DNA from: Lepidodermella squamata
Taxonomy: Eukaryota > Animalia > Gastrotricha
DNA length: 64,000 nt
Reading direction: 5' to 3'
NCBI GenBank assembly: GCA_047495785.1
Contig: JBLDXI010000030.1
Coordinates: 806,001-870,000, forward strand
Part shown: one piece after another, positions 33,996-45,897 of the stretch
How the letters are laid out: each line of letters starts with the position of its first letter
Numbering within the stretch: the stretch's first letter is position 1
Program-made: the position numbers and the translations under genes
The notes under the pieces: model-generated
The model's input: only the letters and a program-made list of their open reading frames with translations
The model's database searches: none
Told to the model about the DNA's origin: nothing

Positions 33996-36338
33996 CTATC
34001 TGAAATTCTGATTGAGACTCGGTCTTACAATTTTCGATCGATAGAGTAAAAGAGCTACTTCAGGCTTCAGAATAAGCCCGCTAGTTGTTACGGAATAGAC
34101 TAGAGCAGCTATAGAGATTATAATTCGCTCTACAACCGGCCTTTGCGGTAGAACAGCGACGATGAGACATGTAGCAATAATGATGACCGTGCAGTTAATC
34201 ATGGCGTGCAACGGAAATTTAAACTCCTCAGAGCGATTTTTCAAACTTTGATCCCGAGCTATCCGTCGTGCTGCTGCAGTGCATCCAGCCAATAACAGGG
34301 AGATATTCACGCCGAGTAGGAGGAGAACCCACGTCAACTCGTTAGGCGTGGAACAGCGAATAGATGTCACCTCGAAAATCACGTCCTGCTGCTCAAAATA
34401 CCTTATCCCATCGGGCTCAATGTAATACGAGCAATGAAACGGCATGAAAATTAACCACAAGGTCAAGTATATCGCAACAAATAAAAAAGTCGAAAAAAGT
34501 GAGACTAAGAACTTCTTGGGAAACGCTGAGCTGACGCTTTTAGCAGAATTGCCGGATTCTCTTGGAAATGGAGATCGAGACATTGATAGAGTCGAGTTGG
34601 GGTGACCTACAATGTAACTGCGATTTCTAGATGGAACGACAATTTGGTACCCCGCATAACTTGATAAAATTACACCTGAAGCTATCGAAGAATTGGTCAT
34701 CGAAATTCCTACAGCCAATATGATCACCCTTGAATAATGAACATAATTCGCGTAAGAATCATCTACTTCTGCGGCGAAAAGCGGTACGCTTAGATCCAAC
34801 AGGGCTAACCAAGTGACTTGAATAATCACGAGGATAGAGCCAGTCTGTTTTTTTAATGCAAGAATCGCGATCAGGGCAATTCTGACGAAGAATGCTAAAC
34901 ATGTGAACACAATGATGGGAACTGATAATCCGAAAGGGAATTTCTCTCTGAATATCACATAGCTCGCCTTATCTTTTGGCGGTTCCTTGTCAGGGGTTCG
35001 CCATTTCACACTTTGATTCGCTTTAACGCTCAAGTAAGTGTTGAACTCACTCCTGTTAGCCGCAGAATCAGTTTTAACGACCAAACTGATTATTCTGAGG
35101 CCATCCTCACGAGCCCATTGGGAGACCGGCCATTTCCCACCCGAAACCTCCCCAGTCACTACGTCGTAACCACTTAAGCCCTCAGCTCTCAAACCAACAT
35201 ATTTTAACCTTAATTGGGTCGAATTAACGATATCCACAACTAATCTTGCTTGGTTAGTAACATTAAGAAGTGTAAGACCGGCTTTTCTCAGGGCTTTCTC
35301 ACTCTCGTGAAGTAGGAGAACGGCCTGAAGAGCAGCGTCGTGGCACTGGAACCTACTTGAGTAATCAGGGTGTCTGAGGCTATTCGTATAATTATCCAGC
35401 ATTTGATCCAGCTCAAACAAATTGTAGCCAAGGGCTGATTCCGCGGAAGGTTCGTCTGAGCTCAGCTGTGAGGAAACCATGAAAGATGACTCAGATTGGG
35501 CAACGATCATCTCTCTAGTGCAACCGGAGTAGATAATATCCGGTAAAGTTGTAGGATCCGCAAAGGTACTCGCAGCTATTATGAAAACATAGCGGGGGCC
35601 TGTCATTCCGAATTTGTAGCACTGGCACATAATGCGATAGGCGAGAGAACTAACGCTACCCACGACGAAAACAATCACTCGGATATCAGCCTTTTTCAAA
35701 GCAATCGCTGCTTCATCCGTGAAATCAGTGACAACGTCAACATAGATTTTCATGTCTAGCTCCTTAGCGAAGCCTAAAAATTGCCGTACGTAGAAAGTGT
35801 CCTGCATCTGAGAGCTGGAAATGACACCAATGCTCTTCCATCGACCTATGTCTACGATGAACCGCATCCGAGCCATGAAAGCTCGACCGCCTGTTGGCCG
35901 TATTAGGTATATATTCGGATATCTGGCGCGATTTGTTAGATAATCTGACGAACACTGTGCGATTTGAACATATCCGAGTAGATGGACGAAAGAGGCGATT
36001 GGATCGCAGTTTGTTATCGACCCAATAACAACAGGAGCTTTGTGCCATGACTGGAAAGTCCCTCCCACGAACTGATTGTCAAATTCAATGAGCCGCCGCG
36101 CCATTAGTGGTCCATTACTGTCGTCTAAAAAATGACCTTCAATCGTATAGTCCGGTAGAATGTCATCTCGCTTATTTACGATGTTGAAAACGAGCTCAGT
36201 TACGGCTCTGCATGTTTTGTATTGATTGACCGATAGACCGGTGAATGGTAGCAGAACTGGTACAGCCAGTTTGTTACGCTTCTCGGCAAGCGAAAGGCTC
36301 GAGACGAAAAGCATCGTTATTACTGGAAAGATCAGCAT
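33996..36338 (-). CDS. Orphan class C GPCR, GABA-B-like, intronless (paralog 1)
   Basis: 780-aa ORF with signal peptide, DILPDYTI, NRARYPNIY, WKSIGVI, GMTGPRYVFI, WRTPDKEPPKD and 7TM. Confidence 0.9.
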   Translation of the reverse strand: MLIFPVITMLFVSSLSLAEKRNKLAVPVLLPFTGLSVNQYKTCRAVTELVFNIVNKRDDILPDYTIEGHFLDDSNGPLMARRLIEFDNQFVGGTFQSWHKAPVVIGSITNCDPIASFVHLLGYVQIAQCSSDYLTNRARYPNIYLIRPTGGRAFMARMRFIVDIGRWKSIGVISSSQMQDTFYVRQFLGFAKELDMKIYVDVVTDFTDEAAIALKKADIRVIVFVVGSVSSLAYRIMCQCYKFGMTGPRYVFIIAASTFADPTTLPDIIYSGCTREMIVAQSESSFMVSSQLSSDEPSAESALGYNLFELDQMLDNYTNSLRHPDYSSRFQCHDAALQAVLLLHESEKALRKAGLTLLNVTNQARLVVDIVNSTQLRLKYVGLRAEGLSGYDVVTGEVSGGKWPVSQWAREDGLRIISLVVKTDSAANRSEFNTYLSVKANQSVKWRTPDKEPPKDKASYVIFREKFPFGLSVPIIVFTCLAFFVRIALIAILALKKQTGSILVIIQVTWLALLDLSVPLFAAEVDDSYANYVHYSRVIILAVGISMTNSSIASGVILSSYAGYQIVVPSRNRSYIVGHPNSTLSMSRSPFPRESGNSAKSVSSAFPKKFLVSLFSTFLFVAIYLTLWLIFMPFHCSYYIEPDGIRYFEQQDVIFEVTSIRCSTPNELTWVLLLLGVNISLLLAGCTAAARRIARDQSLKNRSEEFKFPLHAMINCTVIIIATCLIVAVLPQRPVVERIIISIAALVYSVTTSGLILKPEVALLLYRSKIVRPSLNQNFR

Positions 36339-36753
36339 AGTTCTGAATGAGACACGTCTAAATCTGCAAAAGTGCGATCAGAACAGTCGCTGTAATGGAT
36401 AGCACCCATCACCGATCACTGGCTAGCTGGAGTGGGAAGCTGATAACGATGCTAATTGTTGTCGGGTTTGAGCTATTTTTGGCTCTTGATTCAAGTTTAA
36501 TCAATTCTCAAGTCTCGAGTAGGAGATTCAGCTCGAAAGTCGCTTCTACATTCTGAAATACGCTTCTCATCTCGTGCGGTCAGGTAACAGCGCGACTTCC
36601 GAGTGGACCTCGAGATGCGGGAAGGTGCTTTGTATCCCCTGTTAGCATGTGCGTTAGGGCAGCGGAGAGGGCTTAACTCAAAATGATCAGTGATTATCAG
36701 TTTCTAAGACAGTTCTGACAGTTCTGACCTCCGGGGTTTCTAAGGGGTTCTTC

Positions 36754-37020
36754 AGACCCCATTCAGTGCTATAACGGTTTGGATGGTGAGCGGCTGTAAG
36801 GTATGTGCCAAGTCGAAGTATAAAAGGCAGCGAAACCATTGCAAAAGCGTGCCTCACCGAGGGTAGCTACAAAACTGAATGCCAATCGGGTTCAGCTGGC
36901 GGCATTTCCGCAACCGTCTGCTACTTCAACACCTACCTTTGCAACAGTTCCCAGGTCACTACCGGCGCTCGAGCAGCTATCACTGGCTCCATTCTGCTTG
37001 CTGTCTATTACCTAATTTAA
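36754..37020 (+). pseudogene. Frameshifted Ly6/three-finger pseudogene
   Basis: Homologous to exon 2 of 38362-38756, but with deletions causing frameshifts, a Cys-to-Phe change (CYFN) and no recognisable signal-peptide exon. Confidence 0.7.
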
Positions 37021-37237
37021 ATAACAGTCAGTGTTACAATTCCTTATTATTTAACGATGTTTGATGGCACGAGCCTTTCGAATTTCCTTTCGAGTTATAC
37101 ATAAGAACTTATAAATGCTCGCTAAAACTGCGAAGCTCAGTCTCTCGGCAAGCTTTGGCATCCTTTGAAACATCGTTCTATTCTTTCTCAAAGCAGTATT
37201 GAAATACACAAGCTTCCAAGTAACTTGTCTTTTTTCA

Positions 37238-37360
37238 ACCTTTTTCAAATAATTTTCACCGTAACTCGGTACTGATGTTCCCACCTTCTTACGGATGTTC
37301 CCATCTTCTCACGATGGGAACATCAATACCGAGTTTCGGTGAAAATTATTTGAAAAAGGT
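37238..37360. mobile_element. Foldback/MITE hairpin with 46-bp inverted repeats
   Basis: 37238-37283 is the reverse complement of 37315-37360 with 2 mismatches. Confidence 0.75.
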
Positions 37361-38361
37361 CTTGAGGTCAAGGCGGGGCACTAGGTCTCGCAGGTGGGGC
37401 ACTGGGTCTCGCAAGGTACAGCGGCATATGCCACTGCAAACAGTCTCATCCGTCATCCGAGGGAGGGCTGTGGGAAAAGGGGCTCCGGAGGACGATCACA
37501 GCAATGTATCCCCAATGGGACCTGTCGAAAATCAGGTCACGGCACTGGTATTAGGCAACTGAATAGGCCTCGGCCTCAGGCGAGGTCTGAAGGGTAGCTA
37601 AACGTCAAGCGAGCCCACTATGTACGTCAAGGTTCCAGTGCATTAGCATTAGGCTCGTTTTTTTCGTGTTTTGCCTCAAGAACTGGTGGGCGGCGAGCAG
37701 TTTGTTTTTATAACTCAAGTATCTCGCGGAGATAAAATGCCCATTGCGAGAGAAATTGCAGTGTTCCGAAGACTTAAGGGGAACGTGAATCGCGTCCTCG
37801 AAACATAATTTCATGATATCATTTCGAGACATGATAAGGTGTATGGTTTTTCTCGTAACCGAAACTCAGTCATAAAGTTTGCACAAACTTGCACCGAAGT
37901 CACTGAAGTCACCGAAAATAGCTCTGGTATAGCTCAACATGGCTAAGGACGTGCTCAACATAATTCAACCGTAGATATCGAGTAGATATCGATAGAGAAA
38001 ATTCTCAACACGGATAAAAGATTTTCTTAGCATTTTCAAATATTTTCCGGATGAGCGAAGATTGGCAGAAGATTGGCAGATTTGTCGAAAATCTGCAAAA
38101 ACAGTCAAAGTTAAGGGCATTGCCTGGGGGTTTCTTGGTTATTTTTCAGGGATTTTCCCCGACTTTGTTCAGGGATTCTGGGGATATTTCAGTTTGATGG
38201 CGAAAACACCCGGAGGAATTATCGTTCTGGATCGGAATTTCCAGCCTTCCTGTTCCAGATAAGATAAACTTTGGACTAGAACTTTGGTACAGCCCAAATT
38301 ATTATCATTAATAATAAGTTTTTTTCTTCAAAGTAAAACAGCAAGCGAAATCAGCTAACTA

Positions 38362-38756
38362 ATGAGTATGCATCGCCTCACCCTTTTCGCCTTCGTCTTC
38401 ACCATACTAGTTGCTGGTTCTTGTAAGCTAACTAACTTGCACTTTCGCTGTCTCTAACCTCTTGCATTTCAGACGCCATTGAGTGCTATACCGGTGTGAA
38501 TGGTAATTACACAACGGTGAGCAACTGCAAGATTTGTGGCAAGTCGCAGTTCACAACTGACGGCGAGGAAACCACTGGAAAAGCGTGCCTCACCGAAGGT
38601 AACTACGAAATGGAATGTCAATCGGGCTCAGGTGGCGGCGTTTCCGGAACTGTCTGTTACTGCGACACCGACCTGTGCAACACCGGTCAGGCCACTGCCA
38701 GTGCTCTAGCTGCAATCGCTGGCTCCATCATGCTTGTCGTCTATTACCTAATTTAA
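38362..38756 (+). CDS. GPI-anchored Ly6/uPAR (three-finger) protein
   Basis: Signal peptide exon, phase-1 intron 38423-38472, mature IECY...CKIC...C...C...CYCDTDLCN (8 Cys) and a hydrophobic GPI-type tail. Confidence 0.88.
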
Positions 38757-39879
38757 CTGGAAAACATCATTACCATTCATTTCGTTATTCCTCTTTCCAT
38801 TTTTGTTTGACCTATATCATCGATTTTTCTGTTATTGGATACTATATGTTTGTTGTCAAGAGCCTTTCGAATTTCCCATCATGAGAAATAAGGGCCGTTT
38901 CATCGATTTAACATCCACGAGAGTAGTCCTTTGTAATCAGAATGCGTAGTTCATATGACTAACGACTTTCCAATGATCGCTGAGAAACTGGGAAGCCAGT
39001 CTCTCAACTAGCTTTTGCATCCATTGAAATGGAAACCTCGTTTTGCTCCTCAAAGAAGTATTGAAATACACAAGCTTCAAACGCAACGTGAATTTTTTAT
39101 ATTTGTAACGCAACGCGGTATTATATTATCATTCAACCTCAGCGGAATTTTCTGCATTTTATGACACCAAAATAATCGCTGTATAACGTACAATAACGTA
39201 CCATCAACGTACAATTTTCAGGATAAATTATGTTTTGCGAAAATTAAGCTAATTTTTATGCTGGAAACTTTCATCATTGCATTGGAAATCGCTGTGGCAA
39301 ATTTACAGTCCAACTGGCCACCACAGAGTGCTAAACGCTTCTTAGCGAAGTTTTTTGTACCAGCAAAAATTCCATATTCTAGTAGCTTCTCAAAACTACT
39401 CCGAAATGTTTTTGAAAATTATGTACATTTTTCTTAACCGGTCGGTAATCAAAACTAGGTATTACTTTTGCAGCAATCAAAAATACCTGAGGTAGGTACA
39501 CTTTTCAATCATTTCGTAGTTCTATTGAACGCATTTTTAGGCAACCGATGTAACCTTGCGTGTTAACGGCGGCAGTTTGCAACAGCTATTACGCAACAAG
39601 CCTAGGCATTAATTAGGTTTAAACCGTCAACGCTTTAAAGTTGTTAGGCAAAAAAGCCAGTGTAAAAGCCACTATTAGCTATTGCAAACGGCTGGTTGAT
39701 TAAAGATCACCACTTATTTGCGTGTTTTGACCATAAAATGCTTTGAATCATCCTAAATAAAACGGTTCCTTATCTTTCATTCACGTGTTAATAAAAGGTC
39801 ATGCGACTAATTCATGTAATTCCAAGCATAATCAGATGAGCGGTGTAAGTTCCGTGATCGAAATTTTTAGATCAGCCTG

Positions 39880-42210
39880 CTATTTGAGATTCTGAGGGAG
39901 ACTTGGTCCTACAATTGTAGATCGATTTAGTAAAGCAGTCATTGCAGGCTTCAAAATTAGCGCGCTAGTTGTTATGGAATAGACCAGAGCAGCTATAGAG
40001 ATAATGATGCGCTCTACAACTGGCTTGTGCGGTAGAACAGCGATGATGAGACATGTAGCAACAATGATGGCAATACAGTTAATCATGGCGAGTAACGGAA
40101 ATCTGAACTTCTCCGGACGATTTTTCAAACTTTGATCCCGAGCCATACGTCGTGCTGCCGTGGCGCATCCAGCCAATAACACGGTGATATTCACACCGAG
40201 TAAGACGAGAACACACGTCATCTCGTTGGGCGAGGAACAGCGAAGAGATATCACCTCGAAAATCACGTCCTCTTGCTCGGAAAACCTTATCCCATCGGGC
40301 TCTGCGTAATAGGAGCAATAGGACGGCTCGAAAATGAACCAGAAAGTCAAGTACATCGCGAAAAGTGAAAAAGCCGAAACAAGTGAGATCAAGAACTTTT
40401 TTTGGGGAAATGCTAAGCTGACGCTATTAGTAGCATTGCCGTAATCTCTGGGAAGTGGAATCGGTCGAGACTTATGGCTTTTAGAAATGACGCGATTTCT
40501 CGATGAAACGGCAACTTTGTTGTCAGTATAACTAGACAAAATCACCCCCGAAGCAATTGAAGAATGGGACATCGAAATTCCGAGAGCTAAGATGATCACC
40601 CTGGAGTATTGAACGTTTTTCACGTAAGAATTGTCGACTTCTGCGGCGAAAAGCGGTACGCTGATATCCAGCAGAGCTAAGAAACAGACTTGAATGATGA
40701 CCGGGATAGAGCCAGTCTGCTTTTTGAGTGCAAGAATCGCGATAATAGCAATTCTCACGGCGAAGATTAAGCATGTAACCGTGATGATGGAGACTGATAA
40801 TCCGAAGGGAAATGTCTCTCTGAGTATCACATAGCTCGCCTTGTCTTTTGGCGGTTCCTTGTCAGGGGTTCGCCATTTCACGCTTTGATTCGCTTTAACG
40901 CTCATGTAAGTGTTGAAATCACTCCTGTTAACCGCAGAATCTGTTTTCACGACCAAACTGATTATTCTGAGGCCATCTTCTCGAGACCATTGAGATACAG
41001 GCCATTTCCCTACTGAAAGCTCCCCGGTAACCAAGTCGTAACCAGTTAAGCCCCCGGTTCTCAAACCAACATATTTCAGTCTTAGTTGGGTTGAATTAAC
41101 TATATCCGCAACTGATTTTCGTTGGTTGGTAACATTAAGAAGTGTGAGGCCGGCTTGTCTCAAGACCTTCTCACTCTCGTGAAGTAGGAGAACAGCTTGA
41201 AGAGCAGCGTCGTGGCACTGGAACCTACTTGAGTAATCAGGGTGTCTGAGATTGTTCGTATAATTATCCAGCATTTGATCCAGCTCTAACAAATTGTAGC
41301 CAAGGGCTGTTTTTGCGAAAGGTTCATCTGAGCTGAGCTCCGCGGAATTCATGAAAGACGACTCAGACTGGGCTGTGATCATCTCTCGAGTGCAACCTGG
41401 GTAGATAATAGGCGGTAAAGTTGAAGGGTCTGCGAAGACACTAGCGGATATTATGAAAACATAGCGAGGACCCGTCATTCCGAATTTGTAGCACTGACAC
41501 ATTATGCGGTAGGTGAGCGAGCTGACGCTACTCACGGCGAACACAATCACTCGGATATCAGCCCGTTTCAAAGCGATTGCTGCCTCATCCGTGAAATCAG
41601 TGACCACATCAGTATAGACTTTCACGTCTAGCTCCTTAGCGAGGCCTAAAAATTGCCGCGCGGTGTACGAGTCCTGTACCTCAGTGCTTGAAATTACGCC
41701 AATGTTTCTCCATCGGCCAATATCTACGATGAACCGCATCCTAGCTATGAAAGCTCGCCTACTTGTAGGCCGTATTAGGTAAAGATTCGGGTATCGGGCG
41801 CGATTCGTTAGGTAGTCGGTTGCACAGTGTGCGATTTGAACATATCCGAGTAGATGGACGAAGGAGGCGATTGGATCGCAGTTGGTTATCGACCCAATAA
41901 CAACAGGAGCTTTGTACGATGAGTTGAAGATATCCTTTTGGAACTGATTGTCGAATTCGATGAGCCGCCGCGCCATCAGCGGTCCATTGTTATCATCTAA
42001 GAAATGGCCTTCAATCGTATAGTCCGGTAGAATGTCATCTCGCTTATTTGCGATGTTGAACACGAGCTCAGTTACGGCTCTGCATGTTTTGTATTGATTG
42101 AGCGAAAGGCCAGTGAATGGTAGCAGAACTGGTATAGCCAGTTTGTTACGCTTTTCAGCAAGCGAAAAGCTCAAGAAGAAAAGCACTGTCTTTATTGCAA
42201 AAATCAACAT
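39880..42210 (-). CDS. Orphan class C GPCR, GABA-B-like, intronless (paralog 2)
   Basis: 776-aa ORF colinear with and highly similar to 33996-36338. The flanking DNA is also homologous. Confidence 0.9.
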   Translation of the reverse strand: MLIFAIKTVLFFLSFSLAEKRNKLAIPVLLPFTGLSLNQYKTCRAVTELVFNIANKRDDILPDYTIEGHFLDDNNGPLMARRLIEFDNQFQKDIFNSSYKAPVVIGSITNCDPIASFVHLLGYVQIAHCATDYLTNRARYPNLYLIRPTSRRAFIARMRFIVDIGRWRNIGVISSTEVQDSYTARQFLGLAKELDVKVYTDVVTDFTDEAAIALKRADIRVIVFAVSSVSSLTYRIMCQCYKFGMTGPRYVFIISASVFADPSTLPPIIYPGCTREMITAQSESSFMNSAELSSDEPFAKTALGYNLLELDQMLDNYTNNLRHPDYSSRFQCHDAALQAVLLLHESEKVLRQAGLTLLNVTNQRKSVADIVNSTQLRLKYVGLRTGGLTGYDLVTGELSVGKWPVSQWSREDGLRIISLVVKTDSAVNRSDFNTYMSVKANQSVKWRTPDKEPPKDKASYVILRETFPFGLSVSIITVTCLIFAVRIAIIAILALKKQTGSIPVIIQVCFLALLDISVPLFAAEVDNSYVKNVQYSRVIILALGISMSHSSIASGVILSSYTDNKVAVSSRNRVISKSHKSRPIPLPRDYGNATNSVSLAFPQKKFLISLVSAFSLFAMYLTFWFIFEPSYCSYYAEPDGIRFSEQEDVIFEVISLRCSSPNEMTCVLVLLGVNITVLLAGCATAARRMARDQSLKNRPEKFRFPLLAMINCIAIIVATCLIIAVLPHKPVVERIIISIAALVYSITTSALILKPAMTALLNRSTIVGPSLPQNLK

Positions 42211-42693
42211 GGTTCTGAACGAGTCACTTCTATTACTGTGAAAGCGCGATCAAAACTGTCGTCGATATAGTGCATATCCCGTACACGTGCTAGTGGGCGT
42301 GGGGAGCTTTAACGATGCTAATTTTACACAGGTTTGAGCTTTTTGTCCTTTGATGTGAGTTCAAACATTCCTCAAGCCTCCAGAAGGCAGTTCCGCTCAA
42401 AATTTGAATTAAAATTACAATACACAGACTCCAAACATCATCAATCAAACATGCTCCACTGTGGACATTATTAAGACTTTTGCAAGCGACAATTCAGTTG
42501 TATACAGGATTATTCCTTATTCTACTCACGACATCCCTACTTTCATTGAAAATGTGAAATTATACGACTATAAAGTAAATAATATTCATGTCAAGGTGGT
42601 CTCACGGCAGGGCTACTGTAAATATTTACACTCCTGTGTAAATGCCCATCAGCAAATCGCCCACGGCTATTAGTAGGCCACTGTGTGCTGAAA

Positions 42694-43921
42694 ATGTTCT
42701 CGATTATCACAATTCTCGTCTCGATTTGTCTTAAATTTGCAAACGCTGCAAATTCATCTCAAAATTTGGTCGAAGAACAACTTTTGAATAAATACAGGGA
42801 GCTTTGTCCGGCTTTTGAATCATCAATCTTCCCATTGGAGAGAAAGGCAATCATAGAAGACTACGACCAGCCATTAACTGTATCAGTAGACCTATTATTA
42901 TTCCGGTTCTTCGGAATTGATGATCTTCAACAGCGACTGTCATTCGTCGGCTATTTCACTTTCAATTGGGTTTTACCGTGCAAAATCGAACCACCTTGTA
43001 CCAACCTTTTTTCGGCATTTCTTTGCAAGGGAATCAAGGATGGAACTATGTATTTCACAGTTCCAATTTCTAATGGAATTTGGTATCCAAAACTATTCCA
43101 TGTAACGACTTATGAGCATCCGAAATTACGCCCGAAGTAAGTTCGTTTCCTTTGAAGAGTAAATTCTGACCCCATTGTGCAGGGCTTTAGATGTGATTGA
43201 AATAACACCGGCCATGGAATCCCTATCGATTGACTGGAGCTTAGGAGATCGTTTCGATGTCTCATGCTCTTCATTTGTTTACGAAAATTTCCCCTTTGAT
43301 ACCCAAGAATGTTCCATGGCATTCGAGTCTTACGACGAGAGCTTTTACGTTAACTACAACATCTCTAAATTCGCGATCGATGAAAACTGGACGGATTCAT
43401 TTGTTAGCAGTACAGATGTGTGGGAGTTTGTCGGGCCTCTCGATTCAAATGTCGAAATATCAAAAACAGACACTAAGAGTTACAACAGGCTGAACTTCAG
43501 CATCAAATTTAAACGAAAACCCGGCTATTACATCTGGAGTATTTTCGTCCCAACGATATCGCTCATCTTCCTTCCAATCGTGTGCCTAATGACCTCACCG
43601 AAGAAAACAGATCGAGCGACTTTTTGCGTGACAGTAGTTTTGTCGTACTCTGTTCTTCTCACCTTAGTTTCTGGCATGATACCTCGAACTTCAAGCCCTG
43701 TTTACTTGGTATATCTAATAGCTATCAAGTTCTTAGTGGCTGTTCTGATCACTATCTATGTTCTTTTCGGAGAGTGGCTAAGCAACTTCACCATCTCAAT
43801 TCCTTTTTTTAGAGCTCATAATGTTAAACTGAGTCGGATGTTAGATTGCTTCTTTGCGATAATCTCAACTTTAACGATTCTCATATCTGATGCAGTCTTA
43901 ATTTCGTTAATGAAAACGTGA
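42694..43921 (+). CDS. Divergent Cys-loop subunit B1 (1 intron)
   Basis: RFFGIDDLQQRL, IWYPKL, CSSFVYENFPFDTQEC, FKRKPGYYIW, 4TM. Intron 43137-43182. Confidence 0.88.
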
Positions 43922-44102
43922 AAGAAATTAAAATTATTATCAATACTGATGAACAGCGAGTTTTCTTTATAGCTTGTAGGGTGAAGGCAAATCCTAGAAG
44001 TGTGGGTATTTTCAGCCTCGAATTTTTCTGACCAAACAGCCCCCTGTGGTTTTTGGGGTTTTCTTGCCACGACCTCTTGAGGTGGGGGTTCGAGGTGCAA
44101 GT

Positions 44103-44261
44103 AGTGAGCGAAGTAGGATCCTCGAACTAGGGGGTATTTTCGGGCCCAAATTTTACGACCAAAGACTCCCCCTGTGGTTCCCCACTTTGGGGGTTTCGGG
44201 TGTTTCGGCCTTCCGAACTGGGGGTACGATACACCTCATTCCCCCTCCTACTTCGCGCCCT
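44103..44261. mobile_element. Degenerate MITE related to 58822-58972
   Basis: GCGAAGTAGGA...TCCTACTTCGC inverted ends, sharing GCGAAGTAGGATCC with the element at 58.9 kb. Confidence 0.45.
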
Positions 44262-44530
44262 CGGTGCAAAAAACCCGAAAAACCAACCCTAAAACTCAGC
44301 TGCACGCTTATAGTTTCTAAACATTTCGAAGGCTGGGATTTAATTAAAAAATTATGGCAAATAATGATTTGCGCTATTTCCACATGCATCGGTCCGCTGT
44401 GTATTGAAAAAATTCTGTATTTTGCAAGGAAACAATTAAAACTCGATAATTGGCAAACAGCGCTACAGCGGAAATTGTTCACGTACCATTAAAGACACGT
44501 TCATGAAATTTTCAAGTTTCCTATTTCAGA

Positions 44531-45709
44531 ATGATTCGCTTTCAGTTAACTTTCATTGTGAGTTATCTTTTCTTAAAGCTTGGTTACTCAGGCTATCCTC
44601 AATTGTCGATGGCTGCGATTAAGGAAGAGATATCCGAGCAATGCTGGTACCTGAACTCCGATAACTTGCCTCGCGACAGGTCGCTGAATAACAAGGGACC
44701 TGTTGAGGTCGAAGTTAATTGCAACTTGTTTCGCTTTGTGGAAATTAATGACTTGAAACGCCAATTGTCTCTGTACCTCGAATTATACCTAGAATGGCCT
44801 CTTCCGTGCACCTTCGCCTGTAAGTCTTATTTTAAAGCAGCGAATTCAACGTGCGAAATCTCGGACTATACCGACTTCATGAGGTTCACCTTCCTTATCC
44901 AACAGTCTTGGAAGCCAGGTCTTATCCACTTGAATGCAGCTGAGATTTCGAGGCCTTTAAGCAACATGGTTGGACTGCAGTACGCCCTGATAGGAGGGCA
45001 GGACATTCATATATCCCTATCAGTCGTAGGTATTTTCGAAAGTGCTTGTGCTGGTTTTTCGTTCAAAAAATTCCCGTTCGATACCCTTGAATGCGGTATG
45101 ATTTTCGACGCTGACGATACAGTGAATCACACTTTGTACCGAATCAAAGTATTCAAGGTCGATTCGTCGATGGTAAATGCCTTTATCGGCGATACAGAGA
45201 TTTGGCGGCTTGATGAGACTGGTTGATGAGATCTGGTCAAGAAAGTTGAGCCAATTCAACGATTTGGCAACCCTGTTCGTTATCAACGGCTGAGTTTCAT
45301 ACTGAAGTTCCGGCGGAAAAGCCAGTATTACGTCTCGAACATTATCATTCCGATGTATTGCCTATTTCTGCTGCAATGTTCTACCCTGTTGATGCAGCCT
45401 AAGATTCCAGAAAGGCCCGGATTCTGCATGGCTGTTGTCCTGGCATACGCGTTTCTGCTATCGGTCGTTATCTACAACATTCCGCAAACCTCGGAGCCTG
45501 TTTTCTTAGTTTACATTGTGCTAGACAAATTTGTTTTCGGCGTCTTGCTAACGATCCAATCGATGGTTATGCGGCTTTTTCTACGCAGAAAATATTTGAT
45601 TATAAGTAAGCATTTCGTCAGAAAGTTAGACTTGGCCCTTGGATGTGCGTTAATAGCTGTAGTATCTGTGGTCGATCTGATTTTCTTTGGCTTGATGTTG
45701 TCCAACTGA
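44531..45709 (+). pseudogene. Cys-loop subunit B2 interrupted by in-frame TGA TGA
   Basis: ORFs 44531-45226 and 45353-45709 are in the same frame. Stops at 45224-45229 lie in a 12-nt insertion relative to B3/B6. The rest aligns end to end. Confidence 0.8.
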
Positions 45710-45897
45710 ATGACAAGGGATCTTTTTATATCCAAACGAAAAATAAAACTGGAAAGGAGGGACTTGTTGAAATTCTCATTTCGAACCATATTTAAAATGA
45801 CGACGGATTTTCTTTCAAATTCAAGCTGATAGATTAATTCTGGGTCAGACACATTCACACAAACATCTGACATCATTACAATGATAATTCATGTGGT

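Noticed and set aside
37360-38260. GC-richer stretch with short ORFs
   Set aside because: No recognisable motifs or splice structure; probably repeat-derived but not demonstrable from this window.
45224-45229. Selenocysteine, alternative genetic code or micro-intron explanation for TGA TGA
   Set aside because: TGA is used as a normal stop in neighbouring genes, the codons lie in an insertion absent from paralogs, and 9-12 nt is far below the local intron size.
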